A stretch of 64,000 nucleotides of DNA from the human T2T-CHM13v2.0 reference genome, Homo sapiens, in the NCBI RefSeq assembly GCF_009914755.1, contig NC_060938.1; one strand, 5' to 3'. Of the stretch, positions 38,876-51,160 are shown in pieces (the first letter of the stretch is position 1; every line of letters starts with the position of its first letter). Position numbers and translations under genes: made by a program. The notes below the pieces were generated by a model that had not been told where the DNA came from, searched no databases, and saw nothing but the letters and a program-made list of their open reading frames with translations.

Positions 38876-39411
38876 GTACTCCAGTTGTCTATTGCTGTGT
38901 AGTAACTACCCCAAGAGTTAGTGGCTTAAAACATCAACCATTTTATTAAATTTTATGATTTTCTGAGTCAGGAATTTAGGCAGGACTTAGACGGGTGATT
39001 CTTCTGTTTCATGTGGTTTCAATGGAGGTCACTTGGTGGTAGTCATCTGGCAATGGGCTCATTTAGGGACCCAAACAGCTTCATTCACATGGCTGGCACC
39101 TTGGTAGGGTTGCGTGGAAGACTGGCCCAGCTGCGACTGTCAAGTGAGCACCTACCCAAGGCCTCCCCAACATGGCAATCTTGGTGCAGTCAAATTTCTT
39201 ACCTGGTAGCTCAGTACTCCCCAGAAACCCAGATGAAAGCTGCAAGCCTTCTTTTGATTCAGCTTCAGAAGTCTCAGAGCAACACATTGACCACATTATG
39301 TTAGTGAAATAAGTCATTAAAGCCAGCTCAGATTCAAAAGATGGGGAGTTAGACTCCATCTCTCAATAGGAAGAACATCAATTAACCTGTGGCCCTCTTT
39401 AATCTACCATA
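38876..39411 (-). mobile_element. MLT1G/H-type ERVL-MaLR LTR
   Basis: TCTATTGCTGTGTA..AACTACCCCAA..TTAGTGGCTTAAAACA...GTCAGGAATTTAGGCAGG...CAGATTCAA...TTTAATCTACCATA. Confidence 0.8.
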
Positions 39412-40369
39412 GACAGGCTGCTAGACAAGTATCTACCAGCTTAAATATTTACTGCTTGCTTAGATCCAAGGGAAAGATAAATGAGAAGTAAGACATCAAA
39501 TGGTTCAGGGTACTCAGGGGACAGAGCTTCAGAATGGGCAGTTACAGGACTTATCCTCTGGGTGGTTCCTGTGGGAGACCTAGCCCCCACCAATCCTGCT
39601 CATTTCACTGATGGTGATACCTTTAAGAAGTGTTGAAAAAAGGATTATGAAGGAAAATCTGTAAAAGGAGGATAGGAATAGTATATCTATTTCACAGGGT
39701 TGTGGGGATTCAATAGATTTTACATATGTAAAAAAGTGCCTGGCACATAGTAAGTACCTTATAAGAATTCATTATCATCATTATGCTTGATGGACCATAT
39801 AAAAATATTTCCTAACCCTAGCTAGGCATCAAAATCTAATGCCTCAGAGGCTGACTTTTCAGGACTGCAAAGGGAAGGAGAAATGTGGTTTACAACTACT
39901 TGACTCCATTTATATGCAAATTACTAGCAGTAATTCATTCAAGATTCTCAAAGTAAATAACTTTCAGCTAATGTATTCTCTAACCAAAACAATGATGCCA
40001 TTTTAAAGCTCTCAGGTGCTTGTCCATGAGTCACAGGAGTTTATTACATAAAGAGTTGATCATTGAGGTGACTATTTGGTAACACTGACCACTTTTCTTG
40101 CAATTCCCAGAGTCCCAGAGAGGCTTGCTACAATCCTACGTAGCAGGAACAGGTGGCTTCCCCTCCACTGGCAAAGCCATCAATTGATGGGGCTACCCTG
40201 ATACCAAACCCTACCTCTTTTAGTAAGCTGAAGGAAGTTTCTGCTTCTTAAGAAGTAAACTACTGGGGTTCCATCATTAGGCTTTCAGGGCCCCACACAT
40301 TCCCAGATGCCTTAGCTTCATTCTTCACTTCTACAAAGAAAGACCACTCGTGGGAAAAGCTCACACAAT

Positions 40370-43300
40370 GCTTTTGTATGGGACACCTGGAGATTGTTCT
40401 AACACACTGCTGGATTGGTTCATTGCAGCTTGGACACTATATAACCTCCAGTAAATGAGATGGAGATGTTGGCACTGCTTTGGCAGAGTGTTAAGGAGGG
40501 AGTCGAAAATTTCAGAAAAATGGAAATGTAGAATGGACATATTATGTGAGACCTGAAAACCCACCAAATGAATGTAATCTAGATGGCCCAGAAAACATTC
40601 TCTTCATTAAGCCAATAAAGAATGCACCGCAGAGAGGAGCCCTAAAATATTTGAAAAGCTTGGTTAGATGTCTTTTGAAGGTTGTGGTTGAAAATTGAGA
40701 AAAAGGTGCCATTGAGATGGGCTCTATAGAATAAGTGTAGAACTAAAAGGATTCTGGAATGGCAAATGGTAGTGCATAATTGTCAGAGGCAAGGTGAATG
40801 TCATTATCATACTGGTCAGCAAGACTTATAGTGGCAACAGGGTGCCTTGAATACCAGGGATCTGTAGTGATTGTAGTGTTGCAAGGAGGGAAGATAGATG
40901 AGAGTAGAGCAGAGTTATTACCTGACTTCTATAAAATGAAAGAGCAGGAGTGTAGAAACCTGCATGAGTTCAATAATTAGAAACTATGGTCTCTCACCTC
41001 ATTTCCAAATCTAAGTCAGTACAGAGACTTAGAACCCACTGATTTAAGGGAAGGTTAGGTCTGCTTAGGAAGGAACCTACAGCAACAACACCATAAATAA
41101 AATAAATATTCCTGCTAAACCTTCCCCAAAGGTACATGTGTCCATTTGCTAGGGCAATGATATACTGGGGAAAGGGAAATATCTAGGTCTGCGCTACTTG
41201 AAAAGCAATTGTATTCCTTGGAAGGATTGGGGGCAGGGGGAGGCCAGATGATAAATGAAATTCTGTTTATAAGTGTATAATCACAATACACTTCTTAATA
41301 GCTAGCAGAACATTCACATTGATTTCCTGACCTATGAAGTAATAAGAGTCATTGTAACAGGAAGAGTTAGGTGGATGCCCCTGAAACTGTTCCCACACCT
41401 AGCCAAGATAATAAATCAGAAACAATGTCACATCCCAAGCGGACTTGCAGAACTTAGAGACATCATTGAAGACTTACAGCACATAGGGCTGGCAGTTGCC
41501 ATCAAGTCACCTGCTTGTTCCCTGTGAAAACCAGATAGATCATGGCAGAGAACCATGGACAACCATGAACTTAAATGATGACCCAAATTTCAGTAGCTGT
41601 GACAGACATAGTGCCTTCACTAGAACAAATCAACTCAGCCTGTGACACTTGGTATATAGCCACTGTCTAGCAAGTACATACTTCTCAACCTTTATCAGTA
41701 AGGAAGATCAAAAGAGGTTCACATTTTTCATGGAAAGGAAAGCAGTATGCATTCATTATGTCTTATCTGAGGGTTCTCTCTCACAGTAGAGTCTGCAGAG
41801 ACTTTGATTGTCTTGACATTCTGCAGACATCACATTTGTCCACCATATGGATAACATCAATACCAATTACACCTAGGGAGCAAGAAATAAACTAATTTAG
41901 ATGCCTCAGTAAGACATATATGTGCTAAGAGGTGAGAGAAAAACCCCACAAAGATTAAAGAGCCTGCCACATTGCTAAAGTATTTAGAGATAGAGTGATC
42001 TGGGATATGCTGGTTAAATCCTACCTAAAGTGAAGGAAAAAATACTACAGTACTTTGTAATCCTGACCACCATGAAAAAGATATAGTGCTTAGGGGAATT
42101 TTTTTTGGATTTGAGTGCTCTAATTTATATAACTAGATTTAATTATATAAATGTAGTTTTTAGTGGGGTTACAGAAAAAGAGGACTGCAGCAGATGAAGT
42201 GTGGTGCAGGCTGCTCTGCCGCTTGAACCACATGGCCCAATGGATACATCATGAGCTAGAGACATCCGCAGAAGCTAAGGATGGTGTATCGAGTCTGACA
42301 AGACCCAATAGGAGAATCTAGGGTTCTGGAGCAATACCATGCCTTCTGTGACAAAGAAACGTTTGTCTTTTGGAGGAAAAAACCCTCCTGGAGAGCTACT
42401 GGGAACTGATAGAAAGTGATTGACTACAATCCATCAAATCATATGGTCACCTGAGTGCAGCTGTAATCCATCACTGTAGAATTCGGGATGGTACATTCAT
42501 TCAGAATGGTACATTCAGGATCAAACTCAAGCACGTTCCAAAGGCAGAAATTAATTTTATCAACCACTGATCCCAAGTCTCATGGCACTTAACCTTTGTT
42601 TTACTGACATTTTTCCTCCAGTCGCACCAATGGAAGAGGAAGATTCTCAGGCCCAGTTCATAGATGGGTCTGCTCAGTAGATGAGTGCCGACTATAAATG
42701 CACTACTTCTGCTCTAAACCCCCAGGCAGGAGTGGCCCCGAAAGACAGTGGAGAAAGGAAATCTTCTCAATGGACAGAACTGGGACTACAAAATGTGGTG
42801 GTTCACTGGGTGTGGAGGAAGAAGGGGTCTGAGGTACATATATACCTGTACTTTTGGCCAGTGGTAATTGGTTTGGTTGTTTGGTCAGGATTCAGGGAGG
42901 AGCAAAAATGAAAGATTCGAGAAAAGAAAGTCTGGAGAAAGGGCATGTGAATAAACCCACAGAAGTATACAAATCTTTGTATCGTGCATTCATGCCCATC
43001 AGTGGGCGCCATTCTGAGGAGACATGCTCTTTGCTGGGAGGAATAAGAGTTCTCTGTGGGACCAAAAGGATGGCATCCCTCACCAAGGCTGATCTAGTTG
43101 TTTCACTATTAAAAGTCAATCTGCTACTGAGAAAAGCCTGACACAGGGTCCTCTATAGAGCATCATCCCTTTCAGAGACAGGTCAACCACCTCATGGCAT
43201 GGGACCACTTCTACTCTGAAGACAGCTGTGATCTGTATGTAATAGAATCGACACATACTTTGGATATGGGTTTGCCTTCCTGCCCACAGTGCCTATGCCA

Positions 43301-44296
43301 GCCCCACCACCCAAATGCTTACATAATATCTGCCCTATCTGCATGGTATCCTGCACAATATTGCTTCAGACCAAGTGACTCAATTTATGGTGAAGAAGTT
43401 GGGCTAATGTAGACATGACCGTAGGATCTTCTGGTCTTAACGTCATCTAACAGAATGGTATACATGGCTTGTTAAAGGCTCAGCTGTGACACCAGCTCAG
43501 GCACACTAACCTGTAGGGTTGGAACACTGCTTTCCAAAATGCTGTTTATGTGCCAGACTAATAACTAGAATACAAAGGTAAACAAATTAAAAGGTGGAAG
43601 TAGTTTTGGTCTCTATTACCTTATTTACAGTGAACCATTTACAGAATTTATGTTTTCTCACCCTGCAAACCTAAGCTCTTCCAAAATATACATCCTGATC
43701 CATGAAATTGAAAATCAGGGGACACAGAATAGGTTCCACTGAGTCTGAAGCTGAAACTACCTCTTGGTCATCGTTTGCTCCTTTTGCCTCTAAACCAACA
43801 AAGAAAGGAGATACTGTATTGGTGGAAGTGAGTAGTCCTCATTGCCAGAAAGAGCAAGGTTGCTACCATACAATGGGAGCATGAAGGAGTATGTCTGGAA
43901 CCTATGGGATTCATAGGACATCTGCTGGTCTTATTAACTGTCATATTGTGAACAGACAATTGCAACAACCATGACTGGACAAAAGAAGTTAGATAAGGAC
44001 TCCATCCCTCAGAGATGGATGTCTGGGTCAATCCACCAGGCAAGCAACCTATAACAATGAAGGCTGGCTGAGAGTGAGGAAAATAAAGATTGGGTCACAG
44101 CAGAGGGAAGTGTGGTTATTAATTATGACCTCTGAAAACAACCGCAGCAGCAGAGATCACAGCTTGTTCACTAAACCTGAAGTTTGCAGATATTGTAGCT
44201 GGCTGGCAATTCCAAGGGTACTCTATGATAGATTGGACTTCATGTGAGAAAGAAAGGAGGGAAGAGAAGCCAATATGAGTAATGCAAGAGGTGGAC
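40370..44296 (+). mobile_element. Degraded ERV-L internal region (HERV16/ERV3-16A3-like): gag, RT, RNase H, integrase, dUTPase; no 5' LTR seen
   Basis: gag-like region ~40450-40700; RT remnant incl. VHHMDNI at 41838-41858 (ERV-L VHYIDDI); RNase H peptide KDSGERKSSQWTEL (42681-42911; ERV-L KDSGEGKSSQWAEL); dUTPase-like region ~43720-43900 downstream of integrase, the ERV-L arrangement; PPT GCAAGAGGTGGAC before the LTR. Confidence 0.85.
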
Positions 44297-45031
44297 TATA
44301 TTGAACACTTCGTTTTCTCTCAGTCTCAATTCTTATTCCAGCTGGTGTCACAGTGACTGGTTCCACACAAGCCACTGTCATGCAGAAACAACCTGGTAGT
44401 GCCTTGTCTTGAGCCACAAAACTCTTACCTCTCATTCCCTGCTTCAGGATTCCTCTGAAGCTACTAGACCATGCAAAGAATACTCAGCTTTCATGCATGC
44501 ACACCCCAGGAGTGCAGGGAACTTAATGCCCACGTAGCTAACCTTGACCAATGCAAGAGGGAAACTGATAGTTAAAGGCTTCTTCCTTTTGACCCTGGAA
44601 GCCAGTGCTAAGATGCACTTCCCAAGATTCCTCAGAAGTGTCTTCAGAATTGAGCAGCAATCAGCAACAGCAGTAGCCAATTCATTTATATGCCTTTGCA
44701 CTGGCTTTCCCTGTGAGTTGCTGGAGTCAGCTGACACTGACTCAGGGGAGCTGATTGTGCGTATCTTTCCCCAACTCCACATTTAGCAATGGAAATTGGG
44801 CATGGTCAGAGCATTTACACCATGGAAAATAGTAAATGTCATAATCAGGGTTAATGCTTTTTCCAAAAAGTTGGCTAATAAACATTTACCAACACATGAC
44901 TGCTTTATTTCCTTCCTTCCTCACCCACTCGGTTCCTAAAACCTGATTTCTCCAATTCCATTACCAAATAAACTACCTGGACAAAAGCTATTGTATCAGA
45001 CTCTGCTTAGACTAGAGTCTAGGCTGAAACA
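44297..45031 (+). mobile_element. LTR16-family (ERVL) 3' LTR with MER63 insertion
   Basis: Follows the PPT; ends AATAAACTAC...TTGTATCAGACTCTGCTT...CTGAAACA, typical of LTR16. Confidence 0.75.
44711..44902 (+). mobile_element. MER63 hAT-Blackjack MITE
   Basis: TGCTGGAGTCAGCT...GAGCTGATTGTGCGTATCTTTCCCCAACTCC...ATTTACACCATGGAAA...AAACATTTACCAACAC..ACTG. Confidence 0.75.
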
Positions 45032-45615
45032 AATACTTTCCTTAGGGTGTTGTTATGAGGTTTAAATGGGATCATATTGTAATAATGTGACTATGGCCAA
45101 GACTGAACAGCCTAGACCTAGAAAAATATACCTATCTTAGATGGTTTTATTTTTCTGAAGGTCTCTTAAGGACCTTGAGACTAAGGTACTTGGAATTTTA
45201 GCTGTCAGGAACCCTGAGGCTAGAAACAAGGTGGGTGTTAGGATGGAGGCAAATGGGACTTCCTCCAGTCTTGTTGCCTGAACAGGGTGTCTTGGAAAGG
45301 TTGAGAGAAAAATGTTCTGGTGGGGTCCTGCCGAGGAAGGCTGGGCTTGCAGCACCTCTGGGCTGTTAGTGTGTTCCATCCTTCCAGCTTCTCTGCCAGG
45401 TATTATAAAGCTTGAACTCCAGCCCCAGCAAGAAGCAGCAGAAAGAACCTGAGCTGATTCTTTGGTCTTGGTGGAGAGTGAATTTCAAGCATAGCATGTG
45501 GCTGACTCTGAAACCCCTTCTGACCTTTCCACCTGGTTTGTGGGCGTACACATCAAGAAAATGGCTGTGTTTGTGTACATGTATGTGTGGTTTAGGCAAA
45601 GAAAGCTGTATCCCT

Positions 45616-45830
45616 AAAGCTGCACTGTTCAAAATGGTACCTACTAACTACATGCAACTAGTATTTAAATTTAAATCAATTAAAATTAAATAAAATGTTT
45701 AATTGAGTTCTATAGACAACTAGCCATATTTCAAAAACTAAATAGCTACATGTGGCTAGTGGCTATCATATTGGACCATCCAGATATAGAATACTTCCAT
45801 AATCACAGGAAGTTCTTTTGGAAGGTGCTT
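45616..45830. mobile_element. MER3 hAT-Charlie MITE
   Basis: ATTTAAATTTAAA..AATTAAAATTAAATAAAA...AATAGCTACATGTGGCTAGTGGCTA.CATATTGGAC. Confidence 0.8.
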
Positions 45831-45891
45831 TAAAATAGCTGTGTTATTCGGATCCCAGGCCTAGAGTGTTGTCAACAACCAAACCAATAGG

Positions 45892-45983
45892 GAAGGATTC
45901 TCCTCTATTCCCTACACCTGGAAGGCTGTATGCATCAATGGAGAAGAAGGATTCGCCTCTATTCCCTACACCTGGAAGGCTGT
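45892..45983 (+). repeat. 38-bp direct repeat, 2 copies, 16-bp spacer
   Basis: GAAGGATTC(T/G)CCTCTATTCCCTACACCTGGAAGGCTGT at 45892-45929 and 45946-45983, one mismatch. Confidence 0.95.
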
Positions 45984-47609
45984 TGCCAAACTTCTGAGCT
46001 CCCTTCCCACACTGAAGCCAAAGACAACAGCCCGGGCACTTGGGAACACCAGCGACACCTTGTAGCAGCAAAAATGTCGCTGGTTTCTGGTTTTCTGAAC
46101 TGGTTTCTTGTTTTCTGTCCTCTGAACATGTGTAACCAGACCATCCCACTGTGCTTGAGGAGAATTATAATATTTAGTGATCATTTCCCACGTGGCAGAG
46201 ACTGATAACATTGCTCTGATTCGACAAGAAAATATACGTGAAAAACTTAGCACCGTCTCTGCAGCGTGGGAAATGGGTGCTTGGGTGCTTATTGATATTA
46301 CCCCCATTTTAGAGTTGAAGTAACTGAGGCTCAGGTAGACTAGTCTGAGCGTCTTCATGGTGAGGCTGGGAAAAAGGCTGTTCTTGCGCTAATGGATGGG
46401 ATTTCGTAGCCATGTAATTTGAATATTTTTTTTAAAATGACTTCATTCTCATCTCAAAATAATGAAGTGGGATAGAGGATGTATAAGTGCAGAGCTAAGG
46501 AGGAATGTTGTAATGTTAATTTTCTTTCTCCATCCCCTCATTTTGGAGAGCTGCCTTCCTGTCAGACTTTTATTATCCACGGTGGTAAATCAAACTTCCC
46601 AATTTGCAGATTCCTAACCCCAAAGGAATACCTTCAAAGACTGTACTTCAGCAAGACTGTATATAGTTCGGAAAATAAATTCAATTATATTTGAAATAAT
46701 AAACTTGTTACCAAATTATATGCCATTTAAGAGAGACAAACAATGTCCATTCCGAGTTCATCTGGCAGACATTTAAGAGCCTTTTTATAAATGTTTAGCT
46801 AAAGAACAAAATTATAGTATTACTTACAAAAGTTTTTCAAGGTCTCCAATTGCCAGGTTTTTTGCAACTCACAGACTGTCTTCTGCTGCATATCAAGTGT
46901 GCTTTCTTGAGCTTCCACCACCTGTCAATCATTCTGAGTCCTTAATTAGGACTCTTCCAAGGAGACTCTGACATCCCAGAAAGTGATGCTTCCAGTCGGC
47001 TCCTCACCCCCTTTCCCAGATCAAAAACCATGTCAGCAGACACGGTCAAAAGTGGCGCTTCCTACTTCGTGAGGAGACATTTTAAAGGGCAGATTTTTTA
47101 GCTATGAGTGGAGGAGACAGAGTGTGCTTTGGGAATGCTGAGTTGTCGGAAGCCAGGGCAACAGAAACGCTGTGCCTGACAAAATGGCTTCCAGAACCCC
47201 ACCACAGCCAACAGCAACGGAATGTTCTGATGATGCCGTGTGGCTAAAAAGTTATAGGTATTGACTCCTGAAAAGTACACACTCATCAAAAACAGAGCCG
47301 GACACTGCCGACAGGGCTTCCAGGCACCAGCTATGTCCACAGCTGTTCTGCTTCACAACTTCCCTGATGAACCAGCATTGTTGTGTTGAGGAAGGGTTGT
47401 TCTATGCTGCCTCTGATTCAGAAAAGCCAACGAGAGCCAAGAGGGGGAATATGAGCAGAAGCAAAGGGCAGCTGGGGCTAGCCAGCAGAGAGGAGGGGAG
47501 CCAGATCATGAGCGATAATTGTTGGGAATGGAAAGAACATGGTGCTAGAATTCAGAAGACAGGTGCTATGGTCCTGGCGGGGTCGTTAAATCTCACAGCC
47601 TGCACTCTT

Positions 47610-47680
47610 CTAAAAAAAATCTTTTTTCTTTTTTTTATTATTATTATACTTTAAGTTCTGGGATACATGTGCAGAACGTG
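47610..47680 (-). mobile_element. Ultra-short (~70 bp) L1PA7/8-type 3' end insertion with TSD
   Basis: Minus strand CACGTTCTGCACATGTATCCCAGAACTTAAAGTATAATAAT plus A-rich tail; 12-bp TSD gcctgcactctt at 47598-47609 and 47680-47691. Confidence 0.9.
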
Positions 47681-47962
47681 CCTGCACTCTTATTTAAATG
47701 ATACCCTTGCTTCTGGAGGACACACTGGCTACTTGGAAAGTCACCACATTGAGTACCACCCCAAAATTACATGGGCCTCACCCGCATTGAGTCTTTTTTG
47801 AATCCTAATTCAATCAGCTCCTCTCTCTCCATTTATGGGAAATAGGTGACTGCCAATCCTCACCGCCAGCTGCTGCTGGCCCTGTTCAAGGACTCTTGTT
47901 TCCGGCACTGCTGTGGCTCCGCCCCCAGACGCTGGATGCTCTTGCTGCTCAGGCTCTGCTAT

Positions 47963-48439
47963 TGTTACCAAACCAACCTGGCTCTGTCTGCCCACGTGCA
48001 ATGGAAAGCCAACACCAAGGCATCAGCCTTTTGTAAAAAGAAAAGTTTACTGCAAGGCTGCCAAGCAAGGAGACAGGAGGAGTCTGGCTCAAATCTGTCT
48101 CCCTAAGCTGGGGGCTAGAAGAGGTTTTACAGGCAGAGGGCAATGAGGCATTATCAGATTGGATCTTGCAGTGAGGTGATGTCAGGAGGTGTGATCTGAC
48201 TGGATCATACCATGGAGTGATGCCAGGGCTTGATCTGATTGGATCATGGATCATGCCTTGTGATATCTGCTTCTTAATGAGGTCCCCATCCTTGGTCTGA
48301 GCACTTAAGTTTCTCCTGTGGTTGCATACGGGGTTTATCTGGGCATGCTCAGGTTACAAAACTTGAAACCTGGGGTTCATGGAAACTGAAAAAAACAACT
48401 CACAACTTTGATACAGATTAGTCTGGCTTTAGAGTTACA
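47963..48439 (-). mobile_element. ERV1-class solo LTR (MER4-group/MER66-like; family uncertain)
   Basis: TGTTACC...GTTACA termini; CCAAGCAAGGAGACAGGAG..GCTCAAATCTGTCTCCC; repeated ATTGG (CCAAT on minus); AGTAAA polyA-like signal on minus at ~48046-48051. No TSD found. Confidence 0.7.
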
Positions 48440-48627
48440 GTCTCATGGGCAAGAGCAGAGGGACACCAGTCTTCCTGGCTTGGCATCACTGTGGCGACCT
48501 CTTTGCCATTGTCTCTGAACTTCAGATTCATAGATATTTCCATGAAAACAGACTTTTTTCCTCCAAATGTGACAACTTACTCAGTCAGTGTTAGACATCT
48601 TAGTCTCATACAGGGATCATCAAAACC

Positions 48628-48755
48628 TAAGGTAACCATATCACTTATATCACATCATTTATGCTTCTGAGAGCACAGGGGAATTATTAATAAACCTGCA
48701 AGGATAACACGCATAAACTTGGCTGTCTCAGACAAACTAGACTTATGTCCAGCCT
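48628..48755 (+). mobile_element. MER94-like hAT-Blackjack MITE
   Basis: TAAGGTAACCATAT...TGAGAG...GGGG..TATTAATAA...GCATAAAC...GCTGTC.CAGACAAAC. Confidence 0.55.
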
Positions 48756-49953
48756 CTCAAGAAAAGAAAAAACTCAACCACTCTGGGCCCTGAGGTTTAT
48801 CACCACCTCTGGGGAAAGCAAGCTTTTCAGGGGCCAGTAGGAGTGATGTACGGGGCACCTACTTGGGGTTCACATGCTGGCCCCTTTATTGAGTTCATTC
48901 TGAATCCAGAAGCTTGGCAGAGTTCAGCCAGATGGCAGGGTGAGCGCCCTGCCTTCCTGGTAGTCTCTTCTTCTGCAAGGGAATAGGAGGCGTTCACCCT
49001 CCTTTGTTCAAGAGTCTATTTCTAGGGGCCTATCACCCCAGGGTCCCTTCTCCAGCTTTCTCAGGAGGCCCCACATCATCAGGCAATTAGCTCTCTAGCG
49101 GGTATAACTGCTACTGCCGCAACCACTGTCCCAGGGGTAGGGTGGTCCTAAGTGTCCAAAGCCAGAATAAATCTACAAGATGTGTCTCTTCTCAGCGGGA
49201 AAGGCAGGCTAGAGATTCGCTATGGAACTATGCTTCCAGGACAATTTGGAGCTCGACAGAGATGACAGGATCTGATATTCAGATTGGAAGCCTCCAGATG
49301 CCTATTTTGAAGAAAGGCAAAGAACAAGAAGACTGAGGGGAAGAGAGTAAAGTCAAATTTTATACACAAAGCAAAGTAGCAATTTCTAAAATGATGGAAA
49401 TGCCAATCCATGGAGCTCCTTCACCTAAAAATACCCCCAGTTTCTTTTAAAATGTCCTCACAACTGAGGTGAGAGGGTTTGGCAGTGGGGAGGGAACAGG
49501 ATCTAGCAGGGGACAACTCTGAAAGCAACAATCATCACTTTGTGAATCACTAACCCGGCTTAAGAAGAGCCGCTCGAGAAACACCGCCAGCTTGTCTCCA
49601 GCTCGTAGGAAGCAGGAGGATCCTGAGCAGAACTGCCTGGGGCCTTGCTGGATGTCGGGCCACGCACTTTCCAGAGCAAGGCTGGCCCTGCCAAACTCAG
49701 ACAGAGGGCTCACACTTTTTCTGACCGTGGAAAATAAAAAGGAGACAAGTGTTTCCAAAGCTTAATAAAGTAAAAATCCAATATGGAATTTCTGTAATGG
49801 TTTCATCTATATAAAAACCAGGTCGTCATCTGAGCAGAGACCCGAAGGGAACAAGAAGAAATGTAATATTCACATTATAGGAGTAGCAGGGTGGTAAAGA
49901 TGATTTCCTCTGTGTCTTCTTTTCCTATTATATAGTTATTTCCTATTGTATAA

Positions 49954-50009
49954 TTTTTTCCATTACCTTTAATGGCAAAAACCGCAATTACTTTTGCACC
50001 AACCTAATA
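49954..50009. mobile_element. MADE1 (Hsmar1 mariner MITE), right half with intact TIR
   Basis: CCATTACCTTTAATGGCAAAAACCGCAATTACTTTTGCACCAACCTAA followed by TA. Confidence 0.9.
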
Positions 50010-50034
50010 GCAGCTATAACATTAAGAATAATTT

Positions 50035-50384
<350 letters not shown>

Positions 50385-51160
50385 CTATGCAGTGGGAATA
50401 CGCCTTGCAGCAGACTCTCCAGGCTCCTTCTGGGCCAAGGAAGCTTCATCTTCCCCATTCAGCAAGAGCCAGAGGATTGGGTCTTGGGCTGACATATTGA
50501 CAGTGTGATTGTAACAGGATCACAGTATCTCCACTGTATGACCAGATGAGGACCCCCAGCTTGCTCCTGCCTGCTCTCTCAGAGCCATCTCTCTCAAGGC
50601 CATCACACAGAAAGAAGGACTGAGCTCTCCTTGACCTCGTTCCTTCTGGGACCCTGGCAGAGTGATTACTTTCTCTTACCTTGGGAAACACGGTTAATCA
50701 GTCAAAACCTTGTCGGGCTGAATCCTACTAAACGTGACAAATTCTATTTCTTGGATCATGCTACATTTTAAAGCAAACTGTAGTTGCTATCCGAACGCTG
50801 GCCTTGACTCTATCTTGGGGTGAGAAGAGCAGCTGAAACCTCTGTGACCTTTTCCACACAGAACTTTGTGGGCTGGGAGAGGCTTTGTGCACTTCCACAG
50901 ACATCTCTGTATTTTAGGTTCTTTAAAAAAGCAGATAATAAATAGTAGCTAATGGGTTGAAATGCTTCCTATGTCCCAGGAGCTGTGCTGAGCAACATCA
51001 TACATGATTTTGTTTAATCTCTCCCTATGACCTTCATGCCATCCCCATGACATCTACTCCAACTCCTACATAACTTCCGATTGCTGAGCTCTGGGGGAGA
51101 AGGTGCAACAATTACCCCCACTTCACAGATAAACAAAGAGGAGTTTTGATAAAGAAATCT

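Noticed and set aside
42681-42911. Exapted retroviral RNase H peptide
   Set aside because: Short open stretch of decayed ERV-L pol; preceded by a stop and missing conserved residues (YTDS reads YLYF).
45892-45983. CRISPR-like repeat-spacer-repeat
   Set aside because: Only two copies, 16-bp spacer, no cas genes, primate DNA; a local duplication.
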